Shown: piece after piece, positions 22,600-34,201 of the stretch
Position numbering within the stretch: the first letter of the stretch is position 1
How the letters are laid out: every line of letters begins with the position of its first letter
Assembly: GCF_009834535.1 (NCBI RefSeq)
Contig: NC_045696.1
Span: 63,676,001-63,740,000, forward strand
DNA: 64,000 nt
Direction of reading: 5' to 3'
Source: Camelus ferus
Lineage: Eukaryota
Position numbers and translations under genes: made by a program
The notes under the pieces: model-generated
What the model was told of the DNA's origin: nothing
What the model saw: the letters and a program-made list of their open reading frames with translations, nothing else
Databases searched by the model: none

Positions 22600-23000
22600 A
22601 GCTCCCAAATTCTGTGCTGTTGTCTGTCTTTTGTAATACTACAGAAGGGAGTTTTGTCTGGTTCTGTGCAACGCAATTTAAGTCATTTAAGGTAAGAATT
22701 TAATTTCTCTGGGAAATAAGGAGAGGATTGTAGCTTAATTTATGGATAGCTTTTCCTTTAAAGGATTCCAAAATAATTGGGGCCACTTTATCGCAAACCA
22801 AATGGAAAAGAGGCCTATTAACAAGCAGAGAGGCCGTGCTTCCAGACGATGAGGTCTGACTTTTTCGTTTAATTCCTAATTTGCACATCTTCCTCACTAA
22901 AGAAAGCCCAGACCTTAGAAAGCAGCCTGACCTTGGCAATCTAGAAGGAGGGAATTAAAGTCCATTTGTTTTGGGTTAAAATCTATTTTAAAGAAGTTTC
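22600..23000. promoter_or_regulatory. Candidate homeodomain-rich enhancer
   Basis: TTAATTTATGG 22735, TAATTGG 22774, TAATTTGCAC 22877, TGACCTTGG 22928; repeat-free. Confidence 0.35.
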
Positions 23001-24704
23001 CCATGAACAGGGCTGCTTCTTTTAAAAAAATTCGATGATTTTAAAAGTTAAGATAACTTAAGAAAATTTAAAAGGCACCTTCCCCTGATATGCTGCTAAT
23101 ACAGTATAATGATATTGGAGTGAAACATACAAGGGTTTTAGTTTTTCACCCAGCTTGTAGAATTGTGGAGTTTTAATGAGTTGTGGAGTAACAGGGAGTC
23201 CCTTCAATCACTAGCGATTTTGCCTCTTGATCTGAGGATTGCTGAAATGATTATTATAACCTTCCTTTCCTTGCATTAGTTCCTTATTTATTCATTTATT
23301 TAATCAATATTTATTGGACGTATAACGTGCCAGACACTTTGCTCATACACTTCTAATTTGTGGCGGGCATTAAACAACAAATGTTTATATGCACCTCAAG
23401 GCATAAGCCGGCAAGAATTCCCCAGTTAGGTACACAGAATCCTCCTGTACAGCTATCCTCAGCATTTGTTTTATTTAGCATTTCCTAGGTGTTTATTCAG
23501 CACCAGCCAAATATAAAGCTCAGCGTTAAGCTCGGGTGTGAACAGGGAGCTGCATCGCGTACAGACTGTGGTTTCTAAGTGGCTTGGGGGTTGGGAAGGG
23601 ACACGCCAAAGTATCCCTAGGACGTGATGTGGGTGTGGGTGGTGCAGTGGGGGAAACACTCAGGGAAAGGGGATCCCTTGGGCCTGGGCGAGGCTGGAAC
23701 TTGTCAGCTTCTAAATATCAAATTGGAATGCCAGCGTTCTCATGTGATGGGAGATGCTAGGAAAATGCTGTCCATGGGGTGTGACAGTTGTTAGGGAATC
23801 CTTCTTGGCCATGCCGAGAGAAGCGCTCACACTGCGGAGAGCACCTTTTGCCCAGAACTTAGGCTGCAGGACTATGAGATGTGGGTCACAATGTTCTTGA
23901 AGGTTCCAGGGAGGGTCAATTCCCTGTCAAATGAAGGCCCCTCTAGAGGAAAAACTGACAACCCCCCACCCCACCCCAAAAGGACTTTCCAAATCCCTGC
24001 ATCTGCTGCTACTCTCTGCTGCCCCCGCACCCCTATGTCCCCTGCAACAGCTTCAGCACCACAAGGGTTGCTTCCCGTCGACTTTGTGGTGGGGTGTGTG
24101 GCCTCAGGGAATGAATAGTTACAGTAGGTGAACTACAGGGCCTGGGTCTCATTACTGAAATCAGCCTGGTGCAGGCACGAGTTGGCTGGCCCTCACAGAC
24201 CCCGTCCTCACTTTACTCCACTGGTGTGGGGTGTAATTGACACTAAGCCCTCGGCCCTGCCTTATTTGGTATGGAAACAGTTCACAATTTTTCTTAGAGA
24301 AGTTTTAAATTTTCGTGGTGTTTTATGCCATTCTTGGCCAAGAGTATTTTAGGCATATAATTCTTGATAGTTTCTCTTTAGACTTGGCCAGCTAAAAATA
24401 TATTTGACTATAAAATAACCATATGCGTTTTGTATTTCTAACCAGACATATCTGATTAAATGCTTAGGCATTAAACAACAACGTATAAAATGCCTACTAT
24501 GTGCCTTACATAGCTATTATGTAAAAAGGAAACACATGTCACGGAGAAATACAAGTTTTCCTCCTATATTTATTTGTATTTATTTGTAAATTATGTGTAC
24601 TATATATGCACCCAGAGCTATAAAACTTTATTTCTGATGGCATCTGGTAAAAACATTTACATTTTAATTTTCTAGTAAATTGAATAATAATAAAGACTTC
24701 TCTA

Positions 24705-24920
24705 GTGTAGTATTTGGTAGCGGCTTTGCAGTTGAACATGCCTGGCTCCCACACGGGCCCTGCCACACACTACCTACGTGACCAGGAACACGTCACTTAA
24801 ATTCTTGTTTGTGTAACAGAAATCTCAGGCTTGTTTTGTGGATTCGGTGAGATGCCATTAAGTGTTCGGCATCATGCCTGTTATGTAATTGGTGCTCCTT
24901 AAGTGCTATCAGTTTTTCTA
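24705..24920 (+). mobile_element. MIR
   Basis: GGCTTTGCAGTTGAACATGCCTGG...CCCTGCCAC...GTGACC...GTCACTTAA...GTGCTCCTTAAGTG. Confidence 0.65.
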
Positions 24921-25017
24921 CTTTTTAGGTAGCTTTCTAGTGACTCTCATTGCATTTCAATAGCTGTGATCAGTTTTTATCTTATGAGAGAAGTTGATAT
25001 TTTCAGCATTTCTCCTT

Positions 25018-25085
25018 GTTTTTAAAAATCTTTCAAAATTGTTTATTTTTAATTAATTAATTAATTTTAATTGAAGTATAATTGG
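25018..25085 (-). mobile_element. Extremely 5'-truncated L1 (terminal ~20 nt plus tail) with TSD
   Basis: Reverse strand CAATTATACTTCAATTAAAATTAATT...; TSD TCAGCATTTCTCCTT 25003-17 / TCAACATTTCTCTTT 25086-100. Confidence 0.7.
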
Positions 25086-25704
25086 TCAACATTTCTCTTT
25101 AAGAACATCAAGGCCTGTAAGTGCTGACACACTGGCACTGTAAGGGTAGTCTCTAGGACATCCTGGCAAGAGTGGCTCTTTGGGGTCCCCAACTGTTAGG
25201 TTTCACACATCCATAGCCCAGATGCAGCTGACCGCCCTCCTTCAGTGGTCCCTGGCCCCCAACCCTGCCACCATCACACTGTTGTCCTAAGGGAGTGATG
25301 TCCTCTCTCACTGGATGCTCAGATTCCAGGCGTGTGTTGGAGAGGCCTGGACCCCCAGCAGAGCCCGCACCAGGTCCGCCCGCCTTCGCCGGGGCCATCC
25401 GTCACAGACACCTCTTTGAACCTGTGCCTCCCTCCCTCTCTCTCAGGAGCACGCAGTGCATCTGCCCTGGCCAGCCTCCTGGAGGTGGGCTTCTTGAAGT
25501 CATTACGTAAGGTCATTCTCTTTGGCCTTCACAACGACACCTAATCATACTGTAGTCTCCACTCTGTTTTTCCTAGCCTTTGAACTCCCCTAGCCTCTCT
25601 AAGAAAACTTTCACATTTCCTTTCATCTCCCTTAAAGTTTCCACATCTGGATTTCTCCTGCTCATGTCCAATCAAGCCAGCCAGCCTGCCTAGGGAGGCA
25701 GGGC

Positions 25705-26148
25705 GTATCTACTGCTTCGCCTATCGGCTCCAGCCACTCATGTCTAGGAAACACACCTCATTTTGCTTTGAGGAACCGTCCAGTACCCACTGCGTGCAGT
25801 GTTGGAGGGGCCCTGGAACAATCAGTCAGAAAGTCCCAGTTTCCATTGGCCAGGTCTTGGCATGTGACTGTACCTTAACCAATCAGATTCTCTCTTGCAA
25901 ATTGCCATCTTGGATGGACAGGTCCAGCTTTGGAAAGCCACTGAAGGCTTAATCTCATCGGCAGCTCCCAATCCAGACTGTCCGTTAGTTCCTGCTACCT
26001 AGGGCCTGCCTCCGTTCCTGGCCATTCTGAGACTGACTCTTCTGATTCTGATTCTCTAAGTGGTCCTGTTTCTTCCACTAAATTCCTCTTGTCTTTAAAA
26101 TAGTAAGATTCAATTTCTGTTCCTTGCAATTAAAGAATTCTGATCGAG
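25705..26148 (+). mobile_element. ERV-L solo LTR (LTR16/LTR40-group-like)
   Basis: GGCATGTGACT...AACCAATCAGATTCTCTC and terminus TTTCTGTTCCTTGCAATTAAAGAATTCTGA. Confidence 0.6.
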
Positions 26149-26396
26149 TGGGCCAGTCTAAATATCTGCATTTCTAAAGCTCAGCTTTTATTATGATTAT
26201 TCATGACTGACCCACAGTGGAATCCTCTAAAAGTCTTTTCTGTTTTGAAACAAAGTCTTTGGCAACTGTGTTTTAGAGTGAATTTCCTGTTCCCTTGAAT
26301 AGAAATAGATTTTTTCTTAATCACATGGTAAAAAGTGGCTACAGGTGACGTGAGTGAGCCCAGGAGAGGCTGTTGTATCTAAACTGTGCCTTAAAC

Positions 26397-26741
26397 CAGT
26401 GCTTCGCAAACATGATGGTCCCTGAGAATAAAGACAAGTCAGTGGAACAGCATGTTCCATTCTCAGTGCACAAAACCACAGGATTAATGATTTTTCTAGC
26501 AAAAGCAATCACGTTTATTAATGTCCCCTTGGAACTGTGACCTAAAACAATAAACTTAACCGTTAAGAAAGAAAAAAGAGTCACCTCCTGGAGAGTTTGT
26601 TAAAAACACCAATTCTTGGGAGCCACCCCCAGGGATTCTTGTCCAGTAGGTCTGGAGTGGGACCCTGGAATCAGAATGTCACACAAGCTCCCGGGTGATG
26701 CTAATCCTGCTGATCTAAGGACTGCATTTGGAACAGCAGGT
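26397..26741 (+). mobile_element. MER5A hAT-Charlie element with 8-bp TSD and internal ~150-bp insert
   Basis: CAGTGCTTCGCAAAC...GAGAAT|insert|GAGTCACC...TTGTTAAAAACAC...CAGTAGGTCTGGAGTGGG; TSD CCTTAAAC 26389-96 / CCTTAAAT 26742-49. Confidence 0.8.
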
Positions 26742-27414
26742 CCTTAAATAGTCTCTTTTCCCCACACAAGAGAGACTTTGGAGCCCAGACTTTGGAAGAT
26801 CCCCCTTGGCTTGTTAAAATGAAACTTCAAGAGACAAGATGAGAACAGCCTTTCCGTGAGAACTTTAGAGACGTCTGCGGCTCACTGACCTCACTGACCG
26901 GCTTTGTCCATTGAGCCCTGAGCAGGAAGAGACGATGGCTGGACTGGAGGGTGTGTCCAAGGGCAGGAGACCATCATGAGTCAGTCCGGCGCCCCTCAGA
27001 GCCTCACAGGCTGCTGGGCAGAATGTCCACGGCTGCTTCAGTGGAAAGTTTGGGGAAAATAAAAAAGCAAGTAATTGCTTAAGATTGGAGGAGATGCAAG
27101 AATACCCCTGGGACTGCTCAGCAGTGACCACAGCTAGAGCTGAGACCTGGAGCCGAGCCCACGCCTCCCCGTGTCTTCACAGGCCTTCACTCCCACCTCC
27201 AACACCCTCCTCACTTCTCTCTTCCAAACCATTTTCTTCCCCTTCCCCTTACCCTAGCTCTGAGTTTCCCTCTCCCCAGATGCCTCCCCTGACATCTTTA
27301 TTCTATAGCCTACCAAGATCTACATACTGGGCTTTGAAATGTTTCGAATCCAGTTCTGATACTACCAACAGTCCTTCCCTCTATGCCCCTTATCGCATTT
27401 CGGGAGTGTTGTTT

Positions 27415-27595
27415 CTCTGTCTCATTTAATCTTCACATCAACCGTGTGAGTCCCATTACCCCAGTTTATAGATGAAGAAACACAGTCCGAGAAGTAGTTT
27501 GCTTTAAATAAACTACTTGGGGAAAATGAAAGGCAGATTTTGAACCCTGTTCTGTGTGACTCTAAAACCTGTGTCCCAAACCACTCTGCCATTCA
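27415..27595 (-). mobile_element. MIR
   Basis: TCTCATTTAATCTTCACATCAACC...TTTATAGATGAAGAAAC. Confidence 0.75.
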
Positions 27596-28334
27596 GAATC
27601 AGTTCTGTGTGCGTGTCTTCCTGTACGCATCTTAGTGTTTGCTCTCCCTGTCTGATGGAAGCTTACCTAGGCAGGACCTGGGTGCTCTGGGAGAATATTC
27701 CCAGACTCACAGCCTGTGGCGTGCTTAGGGCCACATTTCTTTCCAGAGCAATCATTCAAGAAATATTGTTTACCACTTACGTGTTGTTGTTCTCTGACGG
27801 ATGACATTTCTGAACATCGGCAGGGGGAGGCCCATTACTGGAAGTGGAAGCATTTTTTCCTACTTACCAATCAGCTGTGTTTTCCATTCATATCTATGAG
27901 ACATTAAAAATCTGACTTCCAAGAGGAATAAAGAGCTCATTATTCATTATCATCTATTAAAAGTCTGTTTTGTGTAGACCATGAGGCTGGATTCTAGAAA
28001 CAGCCACAGAGGACCCTGATTTGGGAGGCCGTGGACACAGGGTGTGCTGGGATGCAGAGCTGGGGGAGAGGAGGCTGGCAAGGGAGAGCAGGCAGGGAGC
28101 CAGTGGAACTAGGGCTGGAGGAAGTGTCCTGACAGTACTGGTCCCTGGGTTGAACTTGGTGCTGGATCTAAAAAATGTGTGGCAAACACAGCTGCCCACC
28201 TGGGAGGAATTTCCCGTGGTCGGGGCCGGGTGGTAGAGGGGCTTGAAGTTGGTGAGTGCCATCTTTGCTAATACAGGTGCTTGGTTCATTTAGCCCAGGA
28301 GCCCAGGCAGCAACTGAGGAAGCACAGGAAACAT

Positions 28335-28480
28335 TCACTCATTCATTCACACATTCATTCACGCACTTGACAAATATTTATCTAGTACAGAACTTGTACT
28401 GAAAATTCAGTTATGAACAAGACAGGGCCTCTGCACCCATGGAGCTTGGAGGGGAGGCAGGCATTAAGTAGTATGACACA
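28335..28480 (-). mobile_element. L2 3' end
   Basis: (CATT)n tail, ACAAATATTTAT...ATGAACAAGACAG...CCATGGAGCTT. Confidence 0.7.
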
Positions 28481-28749
28481 GGGGTGATTTGATTCCAGTT
28501 ATGATCAATACCATGACAAGGGTGAACACAGTATTGCAAGAGGGTTCACGCACTGTGGCTAGACAGAGTGTTAGTGCTCCAAGCCAAAGGGTAGGAGTTC
28601 AAGACCAGGCTCCAAGCACAATGACCTCTGAGCCAGCAATTCATTTGGATCAAATGAGACAGGGCTTTTTGGAGGTCCAAACCCTGCTTAGCCCTTGAGG
28701 AATGAACCATCTAATTACAGAGACAGACCCTGGGCCTGTGTTAACAGAG

Positions 28750-28965
28750 TGCAGCGTGTTGAGTGAGCACTGGACTTAGAACCAGGAGAACTGGTGTCTC
28801 GTCCCAGTCATTGTTCCTGAATTGTACCTTGAGCAAATTGCCTAAAGTTCTGAGAGATTTAAACTCTTCAAGCTTTAGTCTCCTCATTTGTAAATGGGAG
28901 CAACACTTACTGCTCTGTTTGCTTTCTAGGATTTATGAATGAGAATGTGAAAGGGTTTGGTAAAA
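28750..28965 (+). mobile_element. MIR
   Basis: GAGCACTGGACTTAGAACCAGGAGAACTGG...CTCCTCATTTGTAAATGGG. Confidence 0.7.
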
Positions 28966-28978
28966 ACAGGAGATCTTT

Positions 28979-29551
28979 TTTTTTTTATTTTATTGAGGTA
29001 TAGTCAGTTTACAATGTTGTGTCAATTTCTGGTGTACATCACAATGCTTCAGTCATACATGAATATACAGATATTTGTTTTCATATTCTTTTTCACCATA
29101 AGCTACTACAAGATATCGAATATAGTTCCCTGTGCTATACAGAATAAACTTGTTTATCTATTTTATATATACGAGTCAGTATCTGCAAATCTCAAACTCT
29201 CAGTTTATCCCTTCCCACCCCTCTCTTCTCTGGTAGCCATAAGTTTGTTTTCTATATCTGTGAGTCTGTTTCTGTTTTATATATAAGTTCATTTGGCTTT
29301 TTTTTTAGATTCCACATATGAGTGATATCATATGGTATTTTTCTTTCTCTTTCTGGCTTATTTCACTTAGAATGACATTCTCCAGGGCCATCCATGTTGC
29401 TGCAAGTGGCATTATTTTATTCTTTTTTATGGCTAAGTAGTATTCCATTGTATAAATATACCACAACTTCTTTATCCAGTCATCTATCGATGGACATTTA
29501 GGTTGTTCCATGTCTTGGCTATTGTAAATAGTGCTGCTGTGAACACTGGGG
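28979..29551 (-). mobile_element. Young 5'-truncated L1 (ORF2 C-terminus plus 3'UTR) with TSD
   Basis: ORF 29305-29511 QPKCPSIDDWIKKLWYIYTMEYY...AATWM is the L1 ORF2 C-terminus; poly-T at ~28976; TSD AAAACAGGAGATCTTT / AAAGCAGGAGATATTT. Confidence 0.95.
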
Positions 29552-29576
29552 AAAGCAGGAGATATTTATAACCATA

Positions 29577-29621
29577 CAAACACACACACACACATACACA
29601 CACACACATATGCGCACACAC

Positions 29622-29657
<36 letters not shown>
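29577..29657. repeat. Interrupted (CA)n microsatellite
   Basis: Directly visible. Confidence 0.95.
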
Positions 29658-29659
<2 letters not shown>

Positions 29660-30104
29660 TGAGCTTACTGAGCCCAGGATGTGTAGGGCCAAGTGCAGAC
29701 TTCAGTGCTCATGAAGCCCTGGAAAGTTGGCTCTAGGCAATTCTTATGAGCAGTTTGCAGAGGGACGAGTTTGACACAAGGAAGAAGGAAGAGGCCTGAT
29801 GTGGTCATTCCACCAAGGCTGGCATTTGTGGAGGCAGGTCACAAGGAGGGACCAGCCCTGAGGGGATGGCCAGAGGTATGTTTGGCAAAAGTCAGCAGCC
29901 TCAGTGTTGGGTAATGAAGGGTGAGAGAAATTGTATAGGACGGAAGGAAATAGCTGGGGAGGAACCTTGGAGCATGTGATCATCTCCTAGCTTATGTATG
30001 GTCCTACTTTTGTTAAACCTCACTTTAAACATTTAGATAAATCATGAATTTTTTTTTCCCAAAGAGGTTTAATTCTATCACAAAGAGAAGGGCCTGACTT
30101 TTCT

Positions 30105-31375
30105 ACATATAAAATGTAAAGAGATCAGATGGGGTTGAGAATGTGGGCCACTTTTGAAGATAAATTAAGGTAGAATTTCTGTTTTATACCATTTAAATGT
30201 CTATTTTATACTATGTAAAAGGTGAATTTTAGATGGATTAAAGATCCACATGGGAAAGGTAATATTATAAAGCTATAAAAAAACCCACAGAATAAAAGGT
30301 TAAGAGAGTATATTTGTGACTCTGGGGTGGAGACTCTTAAAGAAGAATCCAGAAGCACAAATATCAGGGCAAAATATTGATGGTTTTGGCTACAGCAATT
30401 TTATTGTATTTTATTTTTAAATTTATTTTAATTTTTAATTTTTCTTTGGGGGGGATGAGGCAATTCAGTTTATTTTTATTTATTTATTTTAACGGAAGTA
30501 CTGGGGATTGAACCCAGGACCTTGAGCATGCTAGGCATGCACTCTACCACCAAGCTATAGTCTCTCCTCCTACAGCAATTTTAAATTTTTGTGTTCAACA
30601 AAGGATACATTAGATGAAGATTAAAGAAGGACAACAGATGAAGAGAAGATGTTTGCAATGCCTTGAGCTAATGGGGTTAAATAGAATAAACAAGGAACTT
30701 CTGTAGACTAAAAAGAAAAAGATGGGAAATTCAGTGGAAAAATGGTCAAAGGCTATGTGTAAGCAAGTTGAACAGGGGAAATTTTAAGATGAACAAGTGC
30801 ACAAAGAGTTGCCCAACCTCACTAATAATCAAAGAAATGCAAAGTAAAATCACAAAATTGTATTTATACTCACTAAATTTGCAAAAATGATAAATACTGG
30901 TAAAAATGTGAGGAAATAGGCACCCACAAGCATTGTGAGTCTGCCATTCCAGACAGCGAACTTCATGTACAGTATGTACTTAACTGGAAAAAGCAGGTGC
31001 TGCCTGGCCAGCTCTCGCTCCAGGAGTAAATGTCACAGAAGCGCCTGTGCAAGTCAGAGCTGTGTTGTTTGTGGTAGCAGGGAGTTGGCGATGATCTCAG
31101 AGACCATCTCTCAGGGAATGGATAAATGAAATCGGGTGGATACATGCCATGGAATATTATGCAGTCATCAGAAACAGTGAACTAGAAGTAGGACTCCAGA
31201 CTGAGTAAATCTTAGCAAAATGGTTTTGAGTGAAAGAAAACAGAAAGACATATACAGTACAACAGCATTTATATAAATCAAAACCACAACAGAAGAAAAT
31301 CATATTTTGCAAGGATGTATTCATATCCAAGGATTTACACAAAACACACTAAATTAAGTGCCTATGCAGCAGCAA
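30105..31375 (+). mobile_element. Old L1M (L1MC/ME-like) ORF2 3' region and 3'UTR, degraded
   Basis: AGATGGATTAAAGATC, CAACCTCACTAATAATCAAAGAAATGCAAA, CCATGGAATATTATGCAG. Confidence 0.75.
30404..30569 (-). mobile_element. tRNA-Ala-derived SINE (vic-1 type) with perfect 14-bp TSD
   Basis: GTACTGGGGATTGAACCCAGGACC...GCATGCACTCTACCACCAAGCTATA; TSD CTACAGCAATTTTA 30390-403 / 30570-583. Confidence 0.95.
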
Positions 31376-31391
31376 GAAATGGGGATATATC

Positions 31392-32103
31392 AATCAGTGT
31401 CCAAATGGGAAAACAGAAAACGTGCTAGATATTTTAAACAGAGAGGATTAATTGATTGATTGATTATTTTAAAACAATTTTTATTTTATTTTTTTGGTAG
31501 GGGAGGTAATTAGGTTTGTTTGTTTGTTTATTTTATGGAGTTACTGGGGGTTGAACCCAGGACCTCGTGCCTGCTAAGCAGGCACTCTTACCACTGAGTT
31601 ATACCCTTCCTCCCAAACAGGACTTAATACAGGGAATTGAGTACAAGGGTATTGGAAGGCAGATAGATGAGAAAGGGAACACAGAGGTAACTGAAAACTG
31701 ATCACAGCTAAGGCTGGTGGAATGAAAGGGAAGAGATGGTGTTGTCAGACCTAGGAGTTCAAAGGCGGGAAGCCCTGGCTGCTGTGGTGCTCAGACCTCT
31801 GGGGTAGGGGCTCATCTGGTGCTGATGGCCAATGCTGGGAGTGTTGAAGGAGGCTGGGGATGGAGCTATGGCTCTCCTCTGCTCCTGGAGGAATGCTGAC
31901 AGAAGCCAGAAAACTGAAAGACAGCTCTTCTGTTCCTCCTGCCTTTCTAACTCCAGCCTGTGTGTCCCATTGGCAGACACTGCCAGGAAGCCAGTTGACA
32001 AAGAGGTCTGGGAAATGAAGTTAGAGGTTAAGCCCCAGTATTACAGAGCAAAATATAAAATTATAGGCTTTGGCTCAGAGATATAAGAAATAAACAATGC
32101 AGT
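31392..32103 (-). mobile_element. ERV-L solo LTR (LTR33/LTR41-like) interrupted by SINE
   Basis: GGAAAACAGAAAAC...TTAATACAGGGAATTG...CCCATTGGCAGA...CCAGGAAGCCAG...GGTCTGGGAAATG. Confidence 0.6.
31451..31614 (-). mobile_element. tRNA-Ala-derived SINE (vic-1 type), long-tail form
   Basis: CTGGGGGTTGAACCCAGGACCTCGTGCCTGCTAAGCAGGCACTC..ACCACTGAGTTATACCC; GGGGAGGTAATTAGGTTT tail unit. Confidence 0.92.
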
Positions 32104-32324
32104 AAAAACAGCAAAATGTAATTAAAAATAGGAGACTTGTCTTGGACTACTGGTGCTGGTGCACTTATGAATGAAGAAATATGATTAACTCAATTCTGAA
32201 ACTAGATCCAAAAATCCATAAAAAATAAGTGTTCAGGACAAGGACCTATGTGACATGGAGATGGTTTGGGGTCTGACTCACCATGTCACCTCGGCCAAGT
32301 CATTCAGTTTTCACGTATGCTAAT

Positions 32325-33500
32325 CATTGGCCTAAATGTAATAGCAAACATTCTAGAACTTCTAGAAAGAAACACAGAAGAAATCTTAGTGATCTTAGAT
32401 TTGACAAAGATTTCTTAAATTTGATACGATAAGTATGAACTGTAAAGTTTTTAAAAAGTAAACAGGACTTCATCAAAATAAAGACTTTTGCTGTTCAAAA
32501 AATACTACTAGAAAATTGAAAATGCAAGTGGAAGAGTATTTTTGCAGAATATATATCTGATAAAGGACTTATGTCTAGAATATAATAAAGAATTTTTCCA
32601 ACTCATTGAGAAGAAGGCAAATAGCCTAATTTTTTAAATGGGCAAAAGATTTGAATAGACATTTTATCAAAGAAAATATTTGGATGGCAAGTAAGCACAT
32701 GAAAAAATTGCTCAACATCACCAGTCACTAGGAAAATGCAAAATAAAACCATAGTGAAACATCCTTAGTCTCCCACCAGAATCGCTGGATCCTCAGTGCT
32801 GGTGAGGATCTGGAGCAACTGCGACACACACTCCTGATGGGAATGCAAAATGGTAGAACTGCTTTGGAAAACAGTTTGACAGCTTATTTTAAAGAGTTAA
32901 AAACATACCTCTCATGTGATTAAGACATTCTGTTCTTAGGTATTTTTCAAAGAAATAAAAGCGTATGTTCAGACAAACACTTGTACAAGAATGTTCATAG
33001 CAGCTTTATCTGTAATAGCCAAGAACTGGAAATAACGCAAATGTCCATCAGTGGATGATTGAATTAAAAATTGTGGGATAGTCATCCAACTGAATACTAT
33101 AAAGAAGTAAAATAAAATGAACTATTTATACACATAACAGTATCAAGGAATCTCAAAATAATTATGCTGAGGGTAAGAAGCCAGACAAAAAGAGTACATA
33201 CTGTATGATTCCATTTATATAAAATCGTAGAACATGCAAACTAATCTATGGTAACAGAAAGTGGATCAGTGATTGCCCAGAGACTCTGGGGTCGGGTAGA
33301 AGGGATGTGGGCAGAGGAGAGGAGGCAGGAATCACAAAGGAGCCCAAGGAAACTTCGAGGAGTAATAGACATGTTCATAATCTTTATTTCAGTGAGGGTT
33401 TCACATGTGCATATGTAGTTCACAACAAATCAAACTGTATGCTTTAAATGTGTGCAATTTATCATACATCAATTATACATCAATAAGACCAAAAACATAA
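32325..33500 (+). mobile_element. L1MC/MD-like 3' end
   Basis: AAATGGGCAAAAGATTTGAATAGACA...GAATGTTCATAGCAGCTTTAT...CAATTATACATCAATAA. Confidence 0.88.
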
Positions 33501-33638
33501 AGTGCTCAGGGTGGGGAGTCATGTGATATGGGTGCTACTTCCAGTTCTGGGCCCAGTTACCACGTCATCTTGGCTGAGTTACTGAACCACATGGCTCTCT
33601 GGGTTTTCACCTGTGCTCTGGGCGCTTTGGATTAGATC

Positions 33639-33940
33639 ACAGATAATAAATGCAAATACTCTCAGAAGCCAGGAAGGAAATACGAATGAATGACTTGGCC
33701 AGGTTCACCATGGAGAGGGGTGGGGACTCTGGCTGCACAGAGAGTGCGTGTCCTGTCCAGAGGGGGCAGCTGCTGATTACCTCTGGCCATTTGCTGTTTG
33801 GATGGAATGTGGGCAGTGTTACTTCAGATTTTTAAGAGAAACATGAAATCTCGATTTTTAAAATGAATAAAATTGTGCAGCCTGCACTTACACAGGTGCA
33901 GACAAGACCCAGCCCAAGACCCACCAGTTTGGGGTCTCTG
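33639..33940 (+). mobile_element. MER102 hAT-Charlie element
   Basis: GCCAGGAAGG...AGAGGGGGCAGCTGCT...GGAATGTGGGCAGTGTT...GATTTTTAAGAGAA...CCAGTTTGGGGTCTCTG. Confidence 0.7.
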
Positions 33941-34201
33941 CACTCAGTGACACCTGGGACGCTCTCACAGTCCATGACCAAGGCCCTCATCTCAACTGTC
34001 AGCCAGAGTCACTTTCCTAGTTCTTTTTCCCTAGACTTTACTAAGGAAACATCTCCACCAATGCCCTTGCATCCTGCCTGCCTTCCATCTGCCACTTGAC
34101 CTAAATAACACCTTATCCCTTGGTAGACGTTGCACTCTGATTTTTTTCAGTTCATGGGGGAGAAACCCTGGGTAACTTTACAGAATTAGTTGTAAAGTTA
34201 C

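Noticed and set aside
23366..24481. Exact 15-bp direct repeat GGCATTAAACAACAA as TSD of a 1.1-kb insertion
   Set aside because: No poly-A/T tail, LTRs or TIRs between the copies; both lie in L2-like remnants, so chance or shared ancestry is more likely
27492..27518. 9-bp inverted repeat AAGTAGTTT/AAACTACTT
   Set aside because: Short, AT-rich and inside a MIR; plausible by chance
33754..33770. CTCF-like motif CCAGAGGGGGCAGC
   Set aside because: One base short of consensus spacing and part of the MER102 sequence
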